The translations under genes and the position numbers were made by a program. 64,000 nt of DNA from a virus: positions 6,091 through 70,090 of the IMG/VR virus record IMGVR_UViG_3300027710_001068; one strand, written 5' to 3'. The notes under the pieces are model-generated. The model made no database searches. It was not told the DNA's origin and worked only from the letters and a program-made list of their open reading frames with translations. Positions 27,145 to 35,537 of this stretch are shown here, in pieces. The first letter of the stretch is position 1. Each line of letters begins with the position of its first letter.

Positions 27145-27612
27145 ATGAAATTTGATCTTGAAGAAATTAAAACGTTTATCGATGCACAGTCTCCAGAGAC
27201 CAAGATATACATTGGTTGTGATTCGGAACGCTTTAAGAACAAGGGTCAGTGGTACGCTCATTACACTCTAGTGGTTGTTGTTCACATTGACGGCAACCAC
27301 GGATGTAAAATATTTGGTGAAGTTCAAACAGAAAAAGATTATGATCAAAAAGCAAGTAAGCCTTCGTTCCGTTTAATGAATGAAGTGTTTAAGATTTCAG
27401 AATTATATTTGAAGCTTGCTGATGTGATCGCTGATCGTGAGTTTGAAGTTCACTTAGACATTAACCCTAAAGAAGAACACAACAGTAGCGTAGTGTTGTC
27501 TCAAGCTGTTGGTTACATTAAAGGTACTTGCAACGTCACACCTTTAGTTAAACCAAACGCTTTTGCAGCTAGCTATGCAGCTGACCGTTTAAGAGATTTG
27601 AGAGCAGCATGA
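27145..27612 (+). CDS. RNase H-like YkuK family protein
   Basis: IYIGCDS, RLMNEV, EVHLDIN and ASYAAD motifs. Confidence 0.85.
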   Translation: MKFDLEEIKTFIDAQSPETKIYIGCDSERFKNKGQWYAHYTLVVVVHIDGNHGCKIFGEVQTEKDYDQKASKPSFRLMNEVFKISELYLKLADVIADREFEVHLDINPKEEHNSSVVLSQAVGYIKGTCNVTPLVKPNAFAASYAADRLRDLRAA

Positions 27613-27923
27613 TATACATTGTAGACATTGACAACACAATTTGCACAACCGTTAAAGATCGTTTTGGCAACCAGGATTATGAAAACTCAACCCCAATCCA
27701 AGAGCGAATTGATTATGTCAACAAGCTTTGGGAACAAGGTCATGTGATTCATTATTGGACCGCTCGTGGATCATCTTCTGGTATTGATTGGTTGGAGTTG
27801 ACCCAGTCTCAGCTATTCAAGTGGGGTTGCAAATACCATACAGTTAAATGTGGTAAGCCAAGCTACGATGTTTGGATTGATGACAAAGCAATCAACGCAG
27901 GAGACATTCCTCCAGTTCTCTAA
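27609..27923 (+). CDS. Small HAD-family phosphatase
   Basis: DIDNTI, WTARG and GKP.YD.WIDDKA motifs. Confidence 0.85.
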   Translation: MIYIVDIDNTICTTVKDRFGNQDYENSTPIQERIDYVNKLWEQGHVIHYWTARGSSSGIDWLELTQSQLFKWGCKYHTVKCGKPSYDVWIDDKAINAGDIPPVL

Positions 27924-27947
27924 ATAATAAAAACTACGGGAGCTGAG

Positions 27948-28151
27948 TTGTCATCACAATCAACACAAAAATTAGTTTCATTTAGACCAATCCTTTGCAG
28001 AAATTGGATTATCAAAGCGAGCTCGCTCAATGATGGCATCTGTGTTGTTATGACAAACATCAGCACCCGCTCAACTTTAGTTAACTATTTTAATAATGAG
28101 ATGGATGCAGCTCTGCACATTGAGTATTGGATTGAAAACTATAGTGCATAA
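27948..28151 (+). CDS. Hypothetical protein
   Basis: GGGAG SD before a TTG start. Confidence 0.6.
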   Translation: MSSQSTQKLVSFRPILCRNWIIKASSLNDGICVVMTNISTRSTLVNYFNNEMDAALHIEYWIENYSA

Positions 28152-28172
28152 ATATCTTCTAATGGAGATTTT

Positions 28173-28916
28173 ATGGCAGCACAACAAGGCTTTCAATACG
28201 AAATAAACGCAGCTAAGGTTCTTAAACCTATGGGTTTGGTGCCTAAGGACTTTGTTCCTGCAGGAGCTGGGCATGATCAACCCGACCTTATGTTGGTCCA
28301 TAAAAACATTAAAGCTGGATGTGAATTGAAGATTACCGCCGCTTCTGCTGGTTCTCTTGTTTTAAAATACAACACTAAAAATAAAGCCAATCCTTGGTCC
28401 TTTGGTGATGTCAAGGAAGCAGAAGATGAAAAGCAGTTCATTATGGATCTTGCAAAAGAAGTAAAGCTGTTTGACATTATTAAGAAGCAATGGAAAACTG
28501 TTCCCTTCAAGCGCGAGAAAGATGCTTTGTGGGAAGCTACTGCTGGTAAGATGACACCTAAGAAGAGGTATGAACGTGATCGTGATACGTTTAAAGACAT
28601 TAGAGGTGAAATCTCAGCAACAAAGATTGAGCAGTACTACAACAGAAAAGATACTTACTATGTTAATGTGGGAACACATGGGTTCTACACAATGGGTAGG
28701 AGAAACCCATTAATGTTGGAAGGTGTTCCGATGTTTGGCAATTCAGCTAAAGCTACTTACAGAGCTAGGGTACAGTACAAAGGTAATGATAATTATCAGT
28801 TTACTTTTGAAATGCAATTCAGTATGAAGACGAAGTCACCTTTTAATATTGCCCCTGTCAACGGTAAGAGTGTAGAAATTATTAAAAAAGATATTAATGC
28901 GAGTTGCTTTGTATGA
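28173..28916 (+). CDS. Putative PD-(D/E)XK endonuclease
   Basis: GFQYE...QPDL...CELK; preceded by CATAAATA (28147-28154) and GGAG. Confidence 0.6.
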   Translation: MAAQQGFQYEINAAKVLKPMGLVPKDFVPAGAGHDQPDLMLVHKNIKAGCELKITAASAGSLVLKYNTKNKANPWSFGDVKEAEDEKQFIMDLAKEVKLFDIIKKQWKTVPFKREKDALWEATAGKMTPKKRYERDRDTFKDIRGEISATKIEQYYNRKDTYYVNVGTHGFYTMGRRNPLMLEGVPMFGNSAKATYRARVQYKGNDNYQFTFEMQFSMKTKSPFNIAPVNGKSVEIIKKDINASCFV

Positions 28917-28939
28917 TAAACCAACTAGAAAGTGCTATG

Positions 28940-28968
28940 TTGACCAACTCGTCGTTTTCGGGTATAAT
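28940..28968 (+). promoter_or_regulatory. Sigma70-type promoter; likely leaderless
   Basis: TTGACC-N17-TATAAT, with ATG 7 nt downstream. Confidence 0.75.
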
Positions 28969-28975
28969 AGGTAAT

Positions 28976-30793
28976 ATGAGAAGAATTACAGAAGCCGCTG
29001 ACGAATCAAAACTAACACATTTAGAGCACCCAGAAGATCACATGCTGAATGCAGGCTATGCCGGCTTCCATCATGCAGTTAACACTCTAACACATGCTCA
29101 CCATATCCTTTCTGGTAAGGAAACGGATGCTAAGACATCTGAGAAGTATGACGGCTCTCCTTCCATTGTGTTTGGACATCATCCTGACACGGGTAGATTC
29201 TTTGTTGCGTCCAAGTCTGCTTTCAATGCAAACCCAAAGATCAACTACTCAGAAGCTGATATTGAAAAGAACCATGGCCATGCTCCTGGTTTAGTTGAGA
29301 AGTTAAAGTCTTCTCTCAAGCATCTTCCTAAGATTATGCCTAAGAAGAAATCATCTAAGGGTGGTATCTATCAAGGCGATGTTATGTACACCAAGGATGG
29401 CAAGAGTGATGTGACCACTAAAGGCAACAAGCACCACTTTACTCCTAACACGATTACATACTCTACTGATAAGAACAGTGAAGAAGGTAAGAAGATTACC
29501 AAAGCAAAGTTTGGTGTTGCTATTCACACAAGATACAAAGGCAAGAACTTTGAAGATCTTAAAGCTGAATACAATCCCGATCTGAGCGACTTATCCGAAC
29601 ACCACGATGTTCATGCGATCCTTCCTGGCCAGCACATTGATCCTAAGAAGTACTCACCAGCAGAGCAAACTAAGTTCCAAAACGAATTAAAGAAAGCTGA
29701 CAATGCTTATAAGAGTGTTAATCACGAACCACCTGCGGAAGTTGAAAAGCACCATGCCACTTTTAAGTCCTACCTCAACCAGACAATCAACGCTCAAGGA
29801 AGCCCAACAGTTGAAGGATACAAAAAGTGGTCTAGTGACAAGGCTAAAAAAGAGATTGACAAAGTAAAGACACCAGCTGTCAAGGCTGCTAAGCTTGCTC
29901 AGCACAATGTTGCTATGAAGCACGTCGATACTCATCGTCAACACTTTGATGCATTGATTGAGACACACAAGCACTTGGTCACAGCTAAAAACATGCTTGT
30001 CAAACACTTTAATCAATCTGCCAAGTTTGAAACGCACGTTGGCGACACTCCTGTTAAGACAGAAGGGACTGTGATCTCTGTTAACAACCGTCCTTCTAAG
30101 TTGAATGACCGTGAAGAGTTTAACAGACTGAATGCGTTGAAGTCTAAAAATGCTAAGCAGTCTGCTGAAAAGAAACCTGAAGACAAGAAACACGTTACGT
30201 TTGCTTTCGGTAGAATGAACCCTCCTACAACAGGCCACGAGAAGGTTGTGCAGAAGATGCATGATGTTGCTCACGAAAAAGGTGGCGATATCAAGCTGGT
30301 GGTTTCTCACACACAGGATTCTGCTAAGAACCCGTTGTCCGCTGCGCAGAAACTGAAGCACGTTAAGAGCTTCTTCCCTAACACTCCTACCGAAGCTGCA
30401 TCGAAAGAAGCACCAACATTCTTGCACCACTTGGCTAAGTTGCATGACCAGGGTTACAAGCACGTAACGATGGTTGCTGGTTCAGACCGTGCTGACGAAT
30501 ACAAAAAACTTATTCATAAGTACAACGGAGTCAAAGGTGCCCATGGCCACTTTAATTTCGAAAAGATTGATGTACAATCATCCGGTGAGAGAGATCCAGA
30601 CTCGGAAGGTACAGAAGGAATGTCTGCTTCTAAGATGCGTGAGCATGCTAAGAAAGGCAACTTTGCTGAATTTAAAAAAGGTGTTCCACACCATGTACCA
30701 GAGAAGCATTCTAAAGAGATGTACAATGATGTCCGTAAGGGAATGGGTCTGACAGAATCGTTATCGTTTATGAAATTCTTTAAGCATGGATAA
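28976..30793 (+). CDS. Fusion of a DUF6267/RNA-ligase-like domain and an HxGH nucleotidyltransferase (NMNAT/cytidylyltransferase-like)
   Basis: N-domain EKYDGSP, YQGD, TEGTV, PSKL; C-domain FGRMNPPTTGH, GSDR, SASKMR. Confidence 0.8.
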   Translation: MRRITEAADESKLTHLEHPEDHMLNAGYAGFHHAVNTLTHAHHILSGKETDAKTSEKYDGSPSIVFGHHPDTGRFFVASKSAFNANPKINYSEADIEKNHGHAPGLVEKLKSSLKHLPKIMPKKKSSKGGIYQGDVMYTKDGKSDVTTKGNKHHFTPNTITYSTDKNSEEGKKITKAKFGVAIHTRYKGKNFEDLKAEYNPDLSDLSEHHDVHAILPGQHIDPKKYSPAEQTKFQNELKKADNAYKSVNHEPPAEVEKHHATFKSYLNQTINAQGSPTVEGYKKWSSDKAKKEIDKVKTPAVKAAKLAQHNVAMKHVDTHRQHFDALIETHKHLVTAKNMLVKHFNQSAKFETHVGDTPVKTEGTVISVNNRPSKLNDREEFNRLNALKSKNAKQSAEKKPEDKKHVTFAFGRMNPPTTGHEKVVQKMHDVAHEKGGDIKLVVSHTQDSAKNPLSAAQKLKHVKSFFPNTPTEAASKEAPTFLHHLAKLHDQGYKHVTMVAGSDRADEYKKLIHKYNGVKGAHGHFNFEKIDVQSSGERDPDSEGTEGMSASKMREHAKKGNFAEFKKGVPHHVPEKHSKEMYNDVRKGMGLTESLSFMKFFKHG

Positions 30794-30801
30794 AAATAAA
30801 C

Positions 30802-30900
30802 TTACCACTACCTTAGGACCTTTGCGTTATAAGTGGTAAAAGGAGCGTCCCTGCCTACTACATAGTAGCACGCCAACTACTAAGACACAAGTGGGACACT
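30802..30900 (+). ncRNA. Candidate structured cis-regulatory RNA
   Basis: Intergenic stems TTACCACT/AGTGGTAA, GTCCC/GGGAC and CTACT/AGTAG. Confidence 0.45.
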
Positions 30901-30907
30901 AACAACA

Positions 30908-31552
30908 ATGAGCTCAGTTATTCTTACAGATAATCAATTTGATCCTAATGGTTACTGGGCCAAGCCAATCGCTAAGTTGCTTTATGAGCCAACTTATGAA
31001 GATGTTAGTTTGTTTGATCAGAATGGCTATGACTTAACTGTTATTGAGCAACACTTTGCTTATGGCAATTTTAAAAAGTCTAAAAAGCATAGAGAACATC
31101 ACCACCAGACTTTGAAGCAAGACTGGTTCACTCAGTTTGTTAGAATAGAAGGTGCAGTTCTCAATCACAGTCTTCTGTTTGAGCGCAAAGGTTATACTGG
31201 TGAAGCACTCGATCAGTTAAAACACTGGGCTGAAAAGCTTCCACTACTCCATAAAATAATTGCGATCCGTCCTAAGTGGGGATTGGATTTTAGTATGGAT
31301 TATGTTGACAGGCAAGGCAACTCATTTGAGGTATTGCATTGGGAGTATGATGGGTTCAGCTTTGGAGAGATTAATCAAGTTAAGTTATACATTCAAGATA
31401 AGTTAGCTGGGATTGACTGGGACCATGCAGGTGAGCAGATGCTCCTACATAAAGATAAATGGCATCACTTGGGGTTCTTTGAACAAAGTGATTGGAAGTG
31501 TAATTTTTTTGGAATCCCTAAAGAGAGATTCAAAATGGTAATATGGAGCTAA
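30908..31552 (+). CDS. Conserved phage hypothetical protein
   Basis: 214-aa ORF with FDQNGYDL, PKWGLDFSMDY. Confidence 0.8.
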   Translation: MSSVILTDNQFDPNGYWAKPIAKLLYEPTYEDVSLFDQNGYDLTVIEQHFAYGNFKKSKKHREHHHQTLKQDWFTQFVRIEGAVLNHSLLFERKGYTGEALDQLKHWAEKLPLLHKIIAIRPKWGLDFSMDYVDRQGNSFEVLHWEYDGFSFGEINQVKLYIQDKLAGIDWDHAGEQMLLHKDKWHHLGFFEQSDWKCNFFGIPKERFKMVIWS

Positions 31553-31553
31553 T

Positions 31554-32090
31554 ATGTTGTATTCATTTAAGTTAATGTTAGAAGGTAAGCAGCCATTGGA
31601 GTTGCTTAAACTTCCATACAAACGAACAGATCTTGAACCTGTCATGAGTAAAGCCACCATTGATTATCATTATGCAGAGTTGGCTGGTGGATATGTTAAA
31701 AGATTCAATAAGAATGAAGGTGATCCTGTATTCAACAAAGCAGGTGCATTCCTTCATAACATTTTCTTTCCTCAACTTCAACCACCAAAGCCAAACAACA
31801 AGCCAACAGGCAAAAGTTTAGAGTTGATTAATAAAAAATATGGATCATTTGAAAACTTCAAAAAAGAGTTTGCTACTGTTGCAATGAAGATTCAAGGATC
31901 TGGTTGGGTTTATATGGATGTTGATGGAAACATTAAGACAATTGTCAATCATGAAATTAAGGATGGAATAGCCTTGTTGGTTGATTGGTGGGAGCATGCA
32001 TGGGCTTTGGACTATCAAGCAAATAAGAAAAAATACTTAGAGAACATCTGGCAAATTATTAATTGGGATGTTGTGAATCAAAAACTATAA
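31554..32090 (+). CDS. sod: Fe/Mn superoxide dismutase
   Basis: LPY...LEP.MS, metal ligands in DYHY and FLHN, GSGW, DWWEHA. Confidence 0.92.
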   Translation: MLYSFKLMLEGKQPLELLKLPYKRTDLEPVMSKATIDYHYAELAGGYVKRFNKNEGDPVFNKAGAFLHNIFFPQLQPPKPNNKPTGKSLELINKKYGSFENFKKEFATVAMKIQGSGWVYMDVDGNIKTIVNHEIKDGIALLVDWWEHAWALDYQANKKKYLENIWQIINWDVVNQKL

Positions 32091-32093
32091 ATA
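32086..32093 (+). promoter_or_regulatory. T4-type late promoter
   Basis: TATAAATA upstream of the 32135 gene block. Confidence 0.78.
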
Positions 32094-32134
32094 AACCATG
32101 TAGATAAGGCCAAGGTAGACTCTACGAGGAACAA

Positions 32135-33682
32135 ATGGAAAAAAATGAAATTGACGGCAAACCAGCTAAGAAGCTGAAGGTCATTGCCAAAAAACCAGAT
32201 CAAATTATCCTTAACCCTAAGACGGTTGAGGACAACAATAAGCTCAACGAGCGTGTTGTTGAGTTAGCTCAAAGACGTAAACGTGCGTCCTTAATGCGTA
32301 GAGTACAAGCTAAGCTCCGTAGACGTAAAGAGCTATCCAGAAGCAAATTACATTCCCAGAGTCAACTTACTCAAAAATCTAGCCGAATAGCTAAAAGCAT
32401 TCTTCGTAAGAGGTTTGCTGGTGGTCAGGGCGCCAATTACCAACACCTCTCTCCTTCCAATAAGATTCAAGTCGATAAGATTGTTGACAAAAAAGCAATC
32501 CTTATTAGATCAATGGCTAAGAGAATGATCCCCCGTCTCCGCTCTGCTGATGTTAAGAGACTTCAAGCCGTGAGATCTGGTGGTTCTGTTCACGGAATTC
32601 AATCATACCTTAGTAATAGACAGCTGAACATGGGGGATGATTTTGATTTAGACCATCTGGTTGGTATGTTTGAACAAATTACAGAAAAGGATATAATAGC
32701 GCTAGAAGCAAAAGCTTCTTTGCATGGTATTCCTGAAGAAGTTTTAGAGATGGTTTTCTTGCGCGGTCTGTACGAAGGTGACAAAAATAAGGCATTTAAC
32801 AGAGTCAATTCTTTTATTGCGCTTGGTGAAGCTGCAAAAGTTGATGCTGACCTAGAACAAGATTCTAAGCCATCTGATCGTTTAGAGGGTTCCAATAGCT
32901 TAGCTAAAGTATACAAGAAAGAAACTCCTGGTCAATCTGTCAAAGAGGAAGTCTGGGATGAGCCAAACCCTAAGAAGAAGCATTCAACAATGTCTCCATC
33001 ACAAAAAGCATCAGCAAAAGCCAGAGCAAAGGCTGCTGGCCGTCCATATCCTAACTTGGTAGATAACATGGCAGCAATGAAAGAAGCAAAAGATCCTAGA
33101 GAGTATGATTACGAAGGTGACATGGCTAAGTCTCAACTGAGATCTATTATTGCCAATGCGCAAGCCGTTCATGATATGTTAAAAGATGATACTAATATGG
33201 CTGAATGGGTTCAAAGTAAGATTACTTTAAGTGCAGACTATATTAGCACAGTTCGAGATTATATGATGTCTGAAACTAATGAAGAAGTTAAATGTATTGA
33301 CGAATTGAAGTCTTCTACACTGACATCTTACATTGATAAAGTTGCAACTGGTCCATCCAGGGGCAAGACACAATCAGGGTTACTTAAGAGTATCAAAGCA
33401 ATCACCGGTGTCACAAAAGCGATTCGTAAGAGATCAGAAAATGATATGAAAGAAGATGAGTTGAAAGAAATCAGCTTAGGCATGGTCCACAACTACATGG
33501 TTGCAGCTCATAAGAAGTTTGCTTCATCTTCTGATGAAAAGAAAGCCAAGTTGGAAAAAGGTATTAAACAAGCTTCAAAAAGACGCGAGCCAAAGCCACG
33601 TCCAGCAGAAGTTAATAAAGATGATGGTAGCCCAGGTGGCTACTATGCAGGTAAGAAGCCTGGTGAGTATACAGGAGACTAA
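32135..33682 (+). CDS. Modular late protein, probable head-internal polyprotein
   Basis: Basic modules separated by LNE, ITE, VKEE, MKEA, IDE and LKE sites. Confidence 0.7.
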   Translation: MEKNEIDGKPAKKLKVIAKKPDQIILNPKTVEDNNKLNERVVELAQRRKRASLMRRVQAKLRRRKELSRSKLHSQSQLTQKSSRIAKSILRKRFAGGQGANYQHLSPSNKIQVDKIVDKKAILIRSMAKRMIPRLRSADVKRLQAVRSGGSVHGIQSYLSNRQLNMGDDFDLDHLVGMFEQITEKDIIALEAKASLHGIPEEVLEMVFLRGLYEGDKNKAFNRVNSFIALGEAAKVDADLEQDSKPSDRLEGSNSLAKVYKKETPGQSVKEEVWDEPNPKKKHSTMSPSQKASAKARAKAAGRPYPNLVDNMAAMKEAKDPREYDYEGDMAKSQLRSIIANAQAVHDMLKDDTNMAEWVQSKITLSADYISTVRDYMMSETNEEVKCIDELKSSTLTSYIDKVATGPSRGKTQSGLLKSIKAITGVTKAIRKRSENDMKEDELKEISLGMVHNYMVAAHKKFASSSDEKKAKLEKGIKQASKRREPKPRPAEVNKDDGSPGGYYAGKKPGEYTGD

Positions 33683-34096
33683 ATGAAATCATTTACTCAA
33701 TTCCTAAAAGATCCTTGCTGTGATGAGTGTGGGTCTGTTGATGAGCAGTTCACACCTACTGGTGATGAGCAGTATGAGGATTGGGGTGAGTCCATGATTT
33801 CTGAAGAAGAAATTGGAGGAAGAAAAGTAACACTTGGTAAACCTTTTCTGACACCTGGTGGTCCAAAGAAGCGTTCTGTCTATGTTAAGAATGACAAAGG
33901 CAATGTTGTCAAAGTTAACTTCGGTGACACAACTGGTTTGACTATTAAGACAGACAATCCAGAAAGAAGAAAAGCGTACCGTAGTCGTCATAATTGTGAC
34001 AACCCTGGCCCAAGACATAAAGCAAACTACTGGAGCTGCAAAGCCTGGTCAAAGAAGTCAGTTTCAGCAGGTTTAGGAGGCGCAGGTGGTACTTAA
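33683..34096 (+). CDS. DUF6321-like protein with capsid-targeting-like N-terminus
   Basis: MKSFTQFL; VYVKN..GNVVKVNFGD, RSRHNC, YWSCKAW. Confidence 0.8.
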   Translation: MKSFTQFLKDPCCDECGSVDEQFTPTGDEQYEDWGESMISEEEIGGRKVTLGKPFLTPGGPKKRSVYVKNDKGNVVKVNFGDTTGLTIKTDNPERRKAYRSRHNCDNPGPRHKANYWSCKAWSKKSVSAGLGGAGGT

Positions 34097-34511
34097 ATTT
34101 TCACACTTTCTTTTTGAGAAAGAAACTGGTTGTCCAATTGAGACACATGATCTCGTAAAGAATTTAGAAAACAGACAAACTGCAATTGACAAATATGGAT
34201 ATGGCCCAGCCAATCCAGACGACAACGTTGCGGACAACGATATGTTTTGGCAAGCGAAAGCTAAAATGTGGAAATGTTCTGTTGAGAATGTTAAAACAAT
34301 GAAGTGTGGTAACTGTGCTGCATTCAATATCTCTGATCAAGCCCGAGATTGTATCGCCAAAGGAATGGACGAACATGAGAAGGACAGCAGAGGGGTAATT
34401 AATCTTGCTGATTTGGGATACTGTGAAATATTACACTTTAAGTGCGCTGGTGACAGAACGTGCGATGCATGGTTGGTCGGTGGCCCTCTTGATAATAAGG
34501 ATTTGAAATGA
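34086..34511 (+). CDS. Cys-rich protein (HiPIP-like spacing)
   Basis: CGNCAAF...GYC...TCDAW; YGPANP. Confidence 0.65.
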   Translation: MVLKFSHFLFEKETGCPIETHDLVKNLENRQTAIDKYGYGPANPDDNVADNDMFWQAKAKMWKCSVENVKTMKCGNCAAFNISDQARDCIAKGMDEHEKDSRGVINLADLGYCEILHFKCAGDRTCDAWLVGGPLDNKDLK

Positions 34512-34942
34512 CAACGGCTGATACATTAAAAGTAGCTTTAGCAGATACATTTGCATTTTATCTCAAAGCTCATTACTTTCACTGGAACGTAACGGGTTCA
34601 GATTTTTCCATGTACCACGACTTCCTTGGTGAATTATATCAAGAAGTATACGGAGCTGTAGATCCAATAGCTGAGTTAATTAGAACGACCGGTGATTATG
34701 CTCCTGGTTCATTTTCTCGCTACTCAGAGTTAACTTCCATTTTCGAACAAACGGGTATTCCTTCTGCAGAAGATATGATTGTTGAGTTGCTATCAGACAA
34801 TTACAAAGTTATTAACACTTTAACTAATGCTTATAACACTGCTGAAGATGAGAAGCGTTTTGGCGTTTCTAATTTCGTTCAAGACAGATTAACTGCTCAC
34901 GATAAACACAAGTGGATGCTAACAGCATTCAGTAAGAGATAA
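34508..34942 (+). CDS. dps: Dps/mini-ferritin
   Basis: HYFHWNVTG, H, D.IAE and H.K..WML motifs. Confidence 0.93.
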   Translation: MTTADTLKVALADTFAFYLKAHYFHWNVTGSDFSMYHDFLGELYQEVYGAVDPIAELIRTTGDYAPGSFSRYSELTSIFEQTGIPSAEDMIVELLSDNYKVINTLTNAYNTAEDEKRFGVSNFVQDRLTAHDKHKWMLTAFSKR

Positions 34943-34944
34943 AA

Positions 34945-35526
34945 ATGTCATACAAAACACTTGGAAGAATTATTAAAGAAGTTGTTGGAGGTACAAGCCA
35001 ACCTAACAACTACTCTAACCTTGATACTGCTATTAAAGCTATGATGAGGGGTCCTGCTGAAAAGATTGAAAGACACAAAGACGATCAGATCTCTGCTGGA
35101 ACATACCTCACAAAAAACTTTGATGCTAGTCCAGAAGCTCAAAAGTATTTCACTACAGTTCCTAAAACTGTTGATGCTAACTATATTGAGAAGTCTGCAA
35201 TGTTCCATGATAAGTTGTATTCAATCTTGAAAAAGGTTAGGTCAACTGGAACTGCTGACGAAGGTGATGTTCGCACTGCTGAACTTTACAAAAAGAATAT
35301 CGAGGCTTTAAAACCTCATATACCAGACGCTCCTGAGCCCGCTCACTTGGGTAAAGAAGTGGATGAAATCAGAGGCAAGGTCGGTAAAGAGGGGTCGCCA
35401 TTGGGCACCAATCCCGCTGCAGAAACAGGGGAAATTGGAAATGACCTAGATATAGATAACAAAAAATTACCAGTTTCGAGAAAATCGAAAATGGACCGCA
35501 AAATTAAAATTTTCGATGACGATTAA
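34945..35526 (+). CDS. Hypothetical late protein
   Basis: Tightly packed ORF; N-terminus ends IIKE. Confidence 0.7.
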   Translation: MSYKTLGRIIKEVVGGTSQPNNYSNLDTAIKAMMRGPAEKIERHKDDQISAGTYLTKNFDASPEAQKYFTTVPKTVDANYIEKSAMFHDKLYSILKKVRSTGTADEGDVRTAELYKKNIEALKPHIPDAPEPAHLGKEVDEIRGKVGKEGSPLGTNPAAETGEIGNDLDIDNKKLPVSRKSKMDRKIKIFDDD

Positions 35527-35537
35527 GGAGCAACCAA

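Noticed and set aside
29687-30463. 258-aa antisense ORF (and other long minus-strand ORFs within core genes)
   Set aside because: No SD, promoter or motifs; these are expected shadows of biased codon usage on the coding strand.
30840-30855. AGGAGCG resembles the SAH riboswitch core
   Set aside because: The partner elements (CAGGCUC/UGG and the downstream GCGCUC pseudoknot strand) are not present.
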